Below the pieces are notes generated by a model, which worked only from the letters and a program-made list of their open reading frames with translations, had not been told where the DNA came from and ran no database searches. From Bradymonadia bacterium (lineage in GTDB: Bacteria; Myxococcota_A; Bradymonadia; UBA7976; UBA1532): a DNA stretch of 64,000 nucleotides. The stretch is from contig JBKAGE010000034.1 in NCBI GenBank assembly GCA_046290225.1, positions 512,001-576,000 on the forward strand. The letters run 5' to 3'. The position numbers were made by a program, and so were the translations under genes. Shown in pieces: positions 37,114 to 45,653 of the stretch. Position 1 is the stretch's first letter; each line of letters opens with the position of its first letter.

Positions 37114-38164
37114 CCACCAAGTGGAAGTCGGCGAACTCGGTCACCTGCTCCGCCGTGCCCTCGAGATCGTACTCCTCGCTGATGAGGGTGCCCACGTAGG
37201 CTTGCAGACGACGGGCCCCAGCCTCGTTGGCGTGGTGGGTGGCCACCTCGGTGGCGAAGTTGAGCAGATCGTACACCCGGCAGCGGGCGGGCAGGATGCG
37301 CAGGCGCTTCGTCGACAGCGCGTTCAGGTTGGCCAGCCCGTACATCCCCGCCAGATCACCCACTGTGCGGCGGAAGTCCATGAAGGTCTGCATGGGGTTC
37401 ACAAGGCCGTTCTCCTGATCCGCTCGGGCCAGGTAGCGCTGCAGTGTGATGCACTCCTGCAGCGATGCCCAGGAACGCTGCGACGCCTCGAAGCGCTGGC
37501 GCATGGCATCGTAGCCATCGGGGTTGTCGAAGCCGTTCAGGGCGCGGGCCACGCTGTGCACGGGATCGTTCCCTACGGCGATGTCGGTGCGGAACACCTT
37601 GCTGTAGGCCACCATACCGTTGGAGCACACCTGCCGGAGCATCGAGAGGTGGATGCGGGGCTGGGTCCAGCCGTCGATGGGCAGATCGACGAGGAAGCGG
37701 TTCTCGAAGGCGTCACCACCGATGTCGAAGGCCATGTCGCCACTGCGGGGCACCAGCGTGCTGGTCACCACCCCGTTGCCGTACTGCACGTCGGCGCCGT
37801 GGCTGTTGCGCACCAGGCGCATGGCGTCTTCGTAGTGCAGGCTGGCCTTCGTGGGGTTCGTCACCGCCAGGAGGGTGCCCTTCCCTGCCTCACCGCGCTC
37901 GATGCAGAAGTTCACCGCGGCGTTCCCGGTCTCCTGAGCGATGCGGTTAAAGACCTCGTCGTGGGTGAAGTAGCGGAAGATGCGCTCCGACACCCCGAAG
38001 CGGTGGAAGAAGCTGGTCCAGAAACGGTTGCTGGCCTTGAGCGACTCGCCGTTGAGGGCGATGCCCGTGGCCTGATGCTTCTGGTTCTCCTTGCGAGCCT
38101 CCACCTGAAGGTCGCGGACGCGGGCCTGGCCGTACTCGAAGCTGGTGTTGTTGATGGCGTTCAT
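37091..38164 (-). CDS. DUF932-like protein of unknown function
   Basis: 'LRQVCSNGMV' resembles the R-x-x-C-x-N-G signature of DUF932-type proteins. Strong SD 'AAGGAG'. Confidence 0.55.
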   Translation of the reverse strand: MNAINNTSFEYGQARVRDLQVEARKENQKHQATGIALNGESLKASNRFWTSFFHRFGVSERIFRYFTHDEVFNRIAQETGNAAVNFCIERGEAGKGTLLAVTNPTKASLHYEDAMRLVRNSHGADVQYGNGVVTSTLVPRSGDMAFDIGGDAFENRFLVDLPIDGWTQPRIHLSMLRQVCSNGMVAYSKVFRTDIAVGNDPVHSVARALNGFDNPDGYDAMRQRFEASQRSWASLQECITLQRYLARADQENGLVNPMQTFMDFRRTVGDLAGMYGLANLNALSTKRLRILPARCRVYDLLNFATEVATHHANEAGARRLQAYVGTLISEEYDLEGTAEQVTEFADFHLVGSAATAS

Positions 38165-38260
38165 TTCATCTCTCCTTGCGCAGATTTTGGGCGCATTTTG
38201 GGTATCCGGTCTCGTGAGACCGTTCGATTTCAGTTCACAGAGTCTTTTTGTTTCAGTGAC

Positions 38261-39448
38261 TTAAGAAGCCGTAGCCTCTCGTGTCGTGGCGTCTTCGTCT
38301 TCTTCTGGGTCTTCCGCCTCGATGAGGACCGCCGCTTGCGCCGCCGTCCGAGACTTGATGAAGGCGGGCATCTCGGCGTTCACCGAAGCCATCATGGTCA
38401 GCGTGCGGCGGCTCAGCGCCTCGATGTGCGGGTTCACTTTCAAGCTACGCCAGCCCTCGTCGGACCACAGATATTGCTCCTTCGCCGCTGCGGTCTTGGT
38501 GATGGGGTGCTTGGTGTCCACGCACTGCACGATTTGCTTGATGGGGAAGTCGGCGTGCTTCCGCAGCACCCGGCCGCACATCTGGATCGTGGGGCCCTTG
38601 CTCGAGGGCCGGCAGAAGACCGTCTCCAGCGACGGGCAGTCAAAGCCCTCGGTGAGGATGGCCATGCTCAAGATGACGTCGAGCTCCCCCGCCTCGAAGC
38701 GCGCCAGCTGATCTTCCCGGTTCGACTGCGCCGAGACCACCTCCGCCCGGAGCCCCGCCGCTTGCAGAATGCTGCAGCACGCCCGGCACTCTTCCAGACG
38801 GTAGAAGAAGATGAGCGTGCGGCCCCAGCGATCGAGCTCGGCGAGGAACCGCTCCGCCACAGAGGCCGGCGTGTACGACGGCAGGGTGAAGTGCCGGTAC
38901 TCGCTGAGGTAGCCGTCGCGAATGAGCGATTGGATGTTGGCGTCCTTCACCACCTGATCGAAGCAGAGCTTCAACCGGTCGGCGCGGAAGGGCGTGGCGC
39001 TCAGACCGATGATCTTCTTGGGCTTCAGGGCGCCGTGCAGGCTGGCCATGCTCGCCGCGGCGTCGTGCTGAGCCTCGTCCACCACGAGCAGATCCACAGG
39101 CGGAGGGTTCTTGTCGAACATGGAGATGGTCACCATGTCCACCCCGAAGCCCCGGGCGATGTTCTCTTCGGCGGCCTGGGCGAGCAGGTTCCGCCGCATG
39201 GCGCACCAGCCGACGCGGTAGCCGAACTTCTCCTGAAGCTGCTTGGCGCACCACAAACCCATGACGGTCTTGCCACTGCCAGTGGGGCTCTCGATGAGCA
39301 CAGCGTCCACGTTGCGATGCTTGCCGTCAGGGCGGGTGAGGCCCTCGCTGAGCAGGCGAACGGTCTTGGAGATGATGCGCTGTTGGTAGGGCCTCACCTC
39401 CAGGGCGGGGCCTTGTGTGCTTTGGTTTTGAGTGGTTGGGGCGTTCAT
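38261..39448 (-). CDS. Superfamily 2 DEAD/DEAH-box helicase (ResIII/SSL2-like), compact
   Basis: Q motif 'RPYQ', Walker A 'SPTGSGKT', 'VVDEAQH', 'GLSATP.R', 'LTEGFD.P', motif VI 'QMCGRVLR', SD 'AAGGAGG'. Confidence 0.92.
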   Translation of the reverse strand: MNAPTTQNQSTQGPALEVRPYQQRIISKTVRLLSEGLTRPDGKHRNVDAVLIESPTGSGKTVMGLWCAKQLQEKFGYRVGWCAMRRNLLAQAAEENIARGFGVDMVTISMFDKNPPPVDLLVVDEAQHDAAASMASLHGALKPKKIIGLSATPFRADRLKLCFDQVVKDANIQSLIRDGYLSEYRHFTLPSYTPASVAERFLAELDRWGRTLIFFYRLEECRACCSILQAAGLRAEVVSAQSNREDQLARFEAGELDVILSMAILTEGFDCPSLETVFCRPSSKGPTIQMCGRVLRKHADFPIKQIVQCVDTKHPITKTAAAKEQYLWSDEGWRSLKVNPHIEALSRRTLTMMASVNAEMPAFIKSRTAAQAAVLIEAEDPEEDEDATTREATAS

Positions 39449-39781
39449 GGTGTCGCCTCCTTTCGCCTTCAAGAGGTGAACCCCCCCGATGACACCTCCG
39501 GTCAACGGGCCTGAAAAAAGATCGAAAAAAGTCTTCGCAGGGTCCGTACCAACGCTCACGAGAGACGAAACAACGCTTTAAAATCGAGCAGTTGCTCAAC
39601 CGAGGTGCTCACACATTTTTTTGTTCGGGGTGGTCAGATGGATAAGACCCGCGCTCACAGGCGCCCCGTTGACCTTCGAAGACAGGAGGGATCGGTCCAG
39701 GGGCGGTCTTATTGTGTGGCAAGAGAGGGGGCGCTCATCGCAGACACGAGGTGTGCACAGTTTCTCCGATGGGACGGGCCC

Positions 39782-40198
39782 TCAGCCTTCTACGACGCCG
39801 TTGCGGTGCACGAAGGCGGGGATCTCCCACAGAGGCACGCCCGTGGGACACACCGCCTCGCACTTGCGGCAGCCCTCGGGACACGCCGCGGGAATGGTGG
39901 CCGCGGCGTGGCGCGCCTCGGCGAGGGCCCGGCTGTAGGCCGCCCAGCGATCAGGCGTCGAAGGGCATACAGCCTCGCAGAGCCCGCAGTAGATGCACTG
40001 GCTGAGGGCGTGTACCAGGGCGGCCTGCTCGCCGCTCAGTGGTGCCATGCCCTCTTCGCTGTAGTTCTCGATGAAGCGTTTGGCGCCGCCATTGTCACGA
40101 CGCCCCTTCACCAGACGACGCCCCTGGCGCTTCCAGAACGCGATGGCCAGATAGATGAAGCTCTTGACCCGTTTGAGATCCCACGGCCCGGCGAACAT
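39782..40198 (-). CDS. Small 2x[4Fe-4S] ferredoxin-like protein (short GlpC-position gene)
   Basis: 'CIYCGLCEAVCP' and 'CPEGCRKCEAVCPTGV', TGATG-coupled to the glpB-like gene. Confidence 0.8.
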   Translation of the reverse strand: MFAGPWDLKRVKSFIYLAIAFWKRQGRRLVKGRRDNGGAKRFIENYSEEGMAPLSGEQAALVHALSQCIYCGLCEAVCPSTPDRWAAYSRALAEARHAAATIPAACPEGCRKCEAVCPTGVPLWEIPAFVHRNGVVEG

Positions 40199-41379
40199 CA
40201 ACTCACCTCCAGGGCTGTGGCCTTGAGGGCTTTCTGAGCCGCAAACCACCCAGAGGCCAGACACAGGCCGCTGGCCCAGCCCGAGACCACAGCGTCCCCT
40301 GCGGCGAGCAGATCACCTGCGGCGAAAAGGCAGGGGTGCAGGGGCTCACCGTTGGGGTGAATCAGTCTCAAATCCGCGTCAGTGGGCACGCCTACTCGAA
40401 ACAACGGGCCGCCCCAGGGGCCCTCGGGTGCTGCGGCCTCCAGCGGGTTGACTGGGAGCTTGGGGGTGAGGTGCACCTCGGTGAGAGGCTCGCACATGCC
40501 CTCCTCCAGCTCTCGCAGGCCGCCGGGGATCACCCCTCCAGTGGCGACGATGACCGCGTCTGGGCTGAGTGTTTGATCGGGCAAATGCACCGTGAGGGGT
40601 GAGGCATCCACGCGGCTGACCTCCCCTTGAATCCGCTGCACGGGCAACGAGGCGATCCACCGGTCGAGGGCCATGTGTAGCCTCAGCCCTGGCGTCGACG
40701 GCGTGCCGCCGACAGCCTCCGCGAGGGGGAGCCCGACCTGCGCCTGGAGCCGCTTCAAAGTCTCCGCGGGCTGTCGCAGGCCGGCGATGGGCGGCAACAG
40801 CAGCCCCGAGATCGAGCCAGGGGCTTTGGAAATCGCCGCTGTCAGCGCCTGCACGAGGGCATCGAAGGCGCCCTCGTCTGCGTCGACGCGCCCTGCAGCC
40901 CAGGCGAAAGAGCGGCCAAAGCAACCCTCTGCAGGCCAGTCCACCGTCAACACGGGGCAACCCGACTCGAAGTTGACCAGGGTGGCGAAGGGCTGCCCCA
41001 AGGGCGCCAAATCGACGACAGCGTATCCCTCGGGCAGCTGCGCCTGCGCGCGGTGGGTCGCTGGCGCCCATTCACCGCGCCACGACACCCCCTCAACATC
41101 GACGTATGGCCCTGCGGCGGCCTCCAACGCCAACTCCGGGAGGGCTGCCTGTATCGCCTCGAGGGCGTCGGGCATCACCTCGGCGAGGGCGGGGCGGATC
41201 TGCCCGAGAGCCTCACGGCCCAGGGCCCAAGGCCCTGCGTGCATGATGGTGGATCCTGGACGGGCACTCACCAACGTCACTTCGGCGCCTGTCCCTGCGA
41301 GATGCCCTGCGGCGATGGCGCCGGTGATGCCGGCGCCAATGACAACGATGTGGGGGGTCCTGGCCGATGGCATGTTCAT
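40198..41379 (-). CDS. glpB: FAD-binding protein, anaerobic glycerol-3-phosphate dehydrogenase subunit B-like
   Basis: 'VIGAGITG', 'PSTPGLRL', 'VATGG..GGL', 'GVPTD..LR', 'LFAAG', downstream of the glpA-like gene. Confidence 0.7.
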   Translation of the reverse strand: MNMPSARTPHIVVIGAGITGAIAAGHLAGTGAEVTLVSARPGSTIMHAGPWALGREALGQIRPALAEVMPDALEAIQAALPELALEAAAGPYVDVEGVSWRGEWAPATHRAQAQLPEGYAVVDLAPLGQPFATLVNFESGCPVLTVDWPAEGCFGRSFAWAAGRVDADEGAFDALVQALTAAISKAPGSISGLLLPPIAGLRQPAETLKRLQAQVGLPLAEAVGGTPSTPGLRLHMALDRWIASLPVQRIQGEVSRVDASPLTVHLPDQTLSPDAVIVATGGVIPGGLRELEEGMCEPLTEVHLTPKLPVNPLEAAAPEGPWGGPLFRVGVPTDADLRLIHPNGEPLHPCLFAAGDLLAAGDAVVSGWASGLCLASGWFAAQKALKATALEVS

Positions 41380-43007
41380 CGACCCTCCTCAGCGCCGGGC
41401 TTCAGGTTCCAGCGCGCCATTTCGAGCTGCTGGCGGTTGCCGAAGCCAGCCACAGGGGCCTGCTCTCGCCACCGTGCCTTGACGAAGTCGTCGAGCAACC
41501 GACGGGCCTCGCCCGGGCCCTGCCCCTTCATCTCTGCGAGCAAGCAGGCAGCCTGGCGGGCGCAGCGGGCCCCCTGGCATGCGCCACCACCGCAGTGGGT
41601 CCGGCGGCGTAGATCTTCCAAGCTGGACACCCACTCCGTCTCGATGACGAAGCGCGCTTCTGCTTCGGTGACCGGCTCACACAGACACAAGAGGCGGCGC
41701 TCCCGAGGCTGTCGCGTGATGCGCTCCACGATGGGGGCGCAGCGAGCGCCGTGTCGGTGCACCATGCGCGCGGCGGCGTAGAGATCGATGTTCGCCGCCC
41801 TGGCGATCTCTTTGGGCTCGGGGGTGGACTCTCCACCGGGCAGAGGCCGTGTGTGGGTGGTGCACTGGGCCTGTACGCCGAGCCGGCTGCAGATCTCGTC
41901 CGTGGCATGGGCCGCCATCTGGCGGTAGGCAGCGAGCTTGCCGCCCCCCATGCTCATGAGGCCTGGCGCCCCTTCTTTTCCGTGATCGAAGACCTCGTGG
42001 CGACGGCTCAGATCACTCTCGTAGGGGCCGTACTTGTGCAGCGTGGGCCGCACACCGGCGAAGGCTCGAGTCAGGCGGTGCTTGCGGATGTCGGGGTACA
42101 CCGTCTCCACGGCCTCGAGCAGGTAGCGCACCTCGTCGAAGTTCGCCTGCACCTCTGCCGGATCTCCGTAGTAGTCGTCGTCGGTGGTGCCGATCCAGGT
42201 CTCCTGGCCATAGGGCTCGATGAAGACCTGCCGGTTGTCCACGGCGTAGGCGATGAGGGCGTAGTTCACGATGCGCCGGTCGAAGACGAGGTGAATCCCC
42301 TTCCCCGGGCGCATCTTCACCTCGGCCCCGGCGAGCTTCGCCAGCCGATTGGCCCAAGGCCCTGAGGCGTTGAAGGTGATGCGGGCGGTGACCGACTTCA
42401 GGTGGCCGCTGGTGAGATCGCGGACCTGCACCCCGAGCACTTTGCCGGTGTCGTCTCGTACGAAGCCCTCCACCCGATGGCGCAGATGAATCTGTGCACC
42501 GTTCTGCTGGGCATCGAGAGCGTTGAGCACACACAACCGGAACACGTTGATGGCCCACTCGTCGGTGGTCACCCCACCGATGGTCCCGGGGGGTACACCG
42601 GGCTCGAGGCGGAACACCTCGTCGCGATCGAGCTTCGCCGCCCGCTTCCCCCGCTTGAGGGGCTGGAACTCGTCGTATGCCTGAAAATAGACATACGCCA
42701 GCTCGTGCAGGCGTCGGGCCGCTGGGGTCCACTCCTGAATCGGCAGGATGAACGGGATGCGGAACAGCAGGTGTGGTGCGATGGCCTGGATGTAGCCAGA
42801 GTCGAGGCACGAGAGCCGGGTGACGTCTCGATCTTTCTCCAGGTAGCGGATGCCGCCGTGGATCATGCCGCTGGAGGCGCCGCTCGTGCCTGCGCCGAGA
42901 TCGTTCTGCTCGAAGAGGGCCACCTTGAGCCCCCGCAGGGCGGCGTCGCGGGCGATGCCCACGCCGTTCACGCCGCCGCCGATCACGATCACGTCATAGT
43001 CACTCAT
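41376..43007 (-). CDS. glpA: FAD-dependent glycerol-3-phosphate dehydrogenase with C-terminal BFD-like [2Fe-2S] domain
   Basis: 'IGGGVNGVGIARDAALRG', 'SSGMIHGGIRYL', 'IGTTD', 'GVRP', 'GGKL', 'LCLCE...RRTHCGGGACQGARC'. Confidence 0.85.
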   Translation of the reverse strand: MSDYDVIVIGGGVNGVGIARDAALRGLKVALFEQNDLGAGTSGASSGMIHGGIRYLEKDRDVTRLSCLDSGYIQAIAPHLLFRIPFILPIQEWTPAARRLHELAYVYFQAYDEFQPLKRGKRAAKLDRDEVFRLEPGVPPGTIGGVTTDEWAINVFRLCVLNALDAQQNGAQIHLRHRVEGFVRDDTGKVLGVQVRDLTSGHLKSVTARITFNASGPWANRLAKLAGAEVKMRPGKGIHLVFDRRIVNYALIAYAVDNRQVFIEPYGQETWIGTTDDDYYGDPAEVQANFDEVRYLLEAVETVYPDIRKHRLTRAFAGVRPTLHKYGPYESDLSRRHEVFDHGKEGAPGLMSMGGGKLAAYRQMAAHATDEICSRLGVQAQCTTHTRPLPGGESTPEPKEIARAANIDLYAAARMVHRHGARCAPIVERITRQPRERRLLCLCEPVTEAEARFVIETEWVSSLEDLRRRTHCGGGACQGARCARQAACLLAEMKGQGPGEARRLLDDFVKARWREQAPVAGFGNRQQLEMARWNLKPGAEEGR

Positions 43008-43106
43008 GAGATCCTCTTCGACCTGTGCTGAGGGCAATGAACATTTACCCACGGCCTGAGGATGCAGTACGGAGGGTCGCCGTCGCCAGCTTGAGGCCTG
43101 TGGTGA

Positions 43107-44903
43107 TCAGCCCTCGCCGTCGTCCTCGCCGCCCTTGGCGATGTCGATGTGCAGCTCGGCGAGCTGCGCGGCGTCGACCTCGCTGGGGGCGTCGGTCATC
43201 AGGCTGGTGGCCCGAGCGGTCTTGGGGAAGGCGATGACATCGCGGATGCTGTCGTAGCCCATGAGCAGCATGATAAGGCGATCCATGCCCAGGGCGATGC
43301 CGCCGTGAGGGGGCGTGCCGTAGGTCAGGGCGTCGAGCAGGAACCCGAACTTGGCCCGGCTCTCCTCTTCGGAGAGTCCGAGCAGCCCGAAGACCTTCTG
43401 CTGCACCTCTTGCTGGTGAATCCGGATGCTGCCACCACCGAGTTCGAAGCCGTTGAGCACCACATCGTAGGCCCGGGCCTTCACCGCCCCGGGATCACCA
43501 TCGAGCAGGCCCACGTCTTCTGGGCGAGGCGAGGTGAAGGGGTGGTGCATGGAGTACCAGCGGCCCTCGTCCTCGTCGTACTCGAAGTTGGGGAAGTCGG
43601 TGACCCACACGAACTTGTCGACGCCCTCGGGGATGAGGTTCTGCTGCTTGGCGAGATGCAAACGCAGAGCACCCAGAGCGGCGTGCACGGTGCTGGTGCG
43701 ATCGGCGACGAAGAAGGCCTGATCGCCGGCCTCGAGGCCCAAGCGCTCATTCAGGGCGGCGATGACGTCGGCGTCGAGGAACTTGGCGATGGGGCTCTGC
43801 CACGTGCCGTCCTCTTTGCAGGTACCCCAGGCGAGGCCCTTGGCGCCGTGCACCTTCACGGTCTTGGTGAGCTTGTCGATCTGACCACGGCTCAGGCCGC
43901 CCTTGGGCAGCCGGATGGCCTTCACGCTGCCGCCGGCCTCGAGGGCCCCGGTGAACACGCCGAAGCCGCAGCCCTTCACCACGTCGCCCACATCGCACAG
44001 CTCGAGCCCAAAGCGCATGTCAGGGGCATCTTTGCCGAAGCGGTTCATGGCCTCGTCATAGGTGATGCGGGGGAACGGCAGAGGCACCTCGACGCCCTTC
44101 ACCTTCTTCCAGATGCGGGCGAGCATGCCCTCCACGAGGCCGTAGACGTCTTCGGGCTCGATGAACGACATCTCGATGTCGATCTGGGTGAACTCGGGCT
44201 GGCGATCGGCCCGCAGATCCTCGTCGCGGAAGCAGCGGCAGATCTGGAAGTACCGATCGAAGCCACTCACCATGAAGAGCTGCTTGAAGATCTGAGGGCT
44301 CTGGGGCAGCGCGTAGAACTTCCCGGGGTGCACGCGGCTGGGCACCAAGTAGTCACGGGCGCCCTCGGGGGTGGCCTTGGTGAGGATCGGGGTCTCCAGC
44401 TCGAGGAAGCCGTTGTCCACGAGGTAGTTGCGCACCTCGTTGTTCACCTTGGACCGGGTGATCAGGGCCTGCTGCAGCGGCGTACGACGCAGGTCGAGGT
44501 ACCGGTACTTGAGGCGCAGATCCTCGTGGGTGGGGATCTCGTCCCGGATGGGGAACGGCGGGGTCTCCGCGGCGTTGAGGATCTCCGCCTGGGTGACCTC
44601 TACCTCGATCTCGCCGGTGGCGATCTTGGGGTTGGCGCTCGGGCGCTTCACCACCCGACCTGCAGCAGCGACGACATATTCGCGGCTGAGCTTGCCAGCG
44701 AGAGCAAAGACCTCTTCGCTCACGGCCTTGTCGAAGCGCAGCTGGGTGACCCCTTCGCGATCGCGCAGATCGACGAAGGCGCTGCCCCCCTGCTCTCGGA
44801 TGGTGTTCACCCAGCCCATGACGACGACGTCACGGCCTTCGTCGCTGGCCCGGAGGCTGCCACAGCGATGCGTACGCTTCAGCTCACTGAGAAAGGCGCT
44901 CAT
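43107..44903 (-). CDS. aspS: Aspartate--tRNA ligase
   Basis: 'RTHRCG', 'FVDLRDREG', 'RLKYRYLDLRR', 'TPEGARDYLVPSR', 'LPQSPQ', 'FRDEDLRADRQPEFTQ', 'PPHGGIALG'. Confidence 0.98.
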   Translation of the reverse strand: MSAFLSELKRTHRCGSLRASDEGRDVVVMGWVNTIREQGGSAFVDLRDREGVTQLRFDKAVSEEVFALAGKLSREYVVAAAGRVVKRPSANPKIATGEIEVEVTQAEILNAAETPPFPIRDEIPTHEDLRLKYRYLDLRRTPLQQALITRSKVNNEVRNYLVDNGFLELETPILTKATPEGARDYLVPSRVHPGKFYALPQSPQIFKQLFMVSGFDRYFQICRCFRDEDLRADRQPEFTQIDIEMSFIEPEDVYGLVEGMLARIWKKVKGVEVPLPFPRITYDEAMNRFGKDAPDMRFGLELCDVGDVVKGCGFGVFTGALEAGGSVKAIRLPKGGLSRGQIDKLTKTVKVHGAKGLAWGTCKEDGTWQSPIAKFLDADVIAALNERLGLEAGDQAFFVADRTSTVHAALGALRLHLAKQQNLIPEGVDKFVWVTDFPNFEYDEDEGRWYSMHHPFTSPRPEDVGLLDGDPGAVKARAYDVVLNGFELGGGSIRIHQQEVQQKVFGLLGLSEEESRAKFGFLLDALTYGTPPHGGIALGMDRLIMLLMGYDSIRDVIAFPKTARATSLMTDAPSEVDAAQLAELHIDIAKGGEDDGEG

Positions 44904-44912
44904 CTGTCCCCC

Positions 44913-45500
44913 CTACTTGCCGGAGACCCGGTCTTTGAAGGTGCCGGTGGTGGTGTCGATGCGCACCACGTCGCCGGCGTTGATGTACAGCGGGACCAGC
45001 ACGCGGATGCCGGTGGTGGTGAAGGCGGCGGTGGTGACCGAGCCGCTGGCGGTGTCGCCCTTGCTGCCGGGCTCCACGGTGTCGAGGGTCATCTCCACGA
45101 ACTGGGGCAGCTCGATGCCCACCACCTTGTCGTTGTAGATCACCGCCTTGACCTCGAGGTTCTCCACGAGCCAGCTGGCGTCGTCGCCGAGCTGCTCGCC
45201 GGTGAACTCGAACTGGTCGTAGGTCTCGTTGTCCATGAAGACGTAGACGGCCTCACCGGCGCCGGGCTGCTCATAGAGGTACTGCGCGCTCCGGAACAGC
45301 AGGTCGGGCTCCTGGAACTTCTCGCCGGCCTTGAAGGTCTTGTCGGAGACCTGGCCCGTGAGGGCGTTCTTGAGACGCACCTTCACCAGAGTGGCAGCAC
45401 CACGGGCGCTGGGGCTCTGGGTGGTCATGCTGACGATGGTCCACGGCGCGCCTTCGTAATCGATGCGCACGCCCTTCTTGAAATCGCTGGTGGTGATCAT
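44913..45500 (-). CDS. Elongation factor P family protein with EfpL/YeiP-type loop
   Basis: KOW + 2 OB layout ('FMDNETYDQ', 'IELP', 'VPLYI..GD...IDT'). The loop reads 'SPSARGAAT' instead of the canonical 'KPGKG'. Confidence 0.85.
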   Translation of the reverse strand: MITTSDFKKGVRIDYEGAPWTIVSMTTQSPSARGAATLVKVRLKNALTGQVSDKTFKAGEKFQEPDLLFRSAQYLYEQPGAGEAVYVFMDNETYDQFEFTGEQLGDDASWLVENLEVKAVIYNDKVVGIELPQFVEMTLDTVEPGSKGDTASGSVTTAAFTTTGIRVLVPLYINAGDVVRIDTTTGTFKDRVSGK

Positions 45501-45653
45501 GCTGACTCGACCCTGAACAGGTACTTGTTATCGAGGCTGGTTGTGTCGGTTCGATGGGTGCTCCCACCGCGCCGGAGACCCTAGAGGAGGCCAGCGTCCA
45601 GGGCAAGTGGAGAAACGCTGTAGACTCGCCACCGCGCGGGTCACCGCTCATGG

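Noticed and set aside
36923..39514. 863-aa plus-strand ORF
   Set aside because: Antisense to the helicase and DUF932-like genes, which carry clear motifs and SD sequences.
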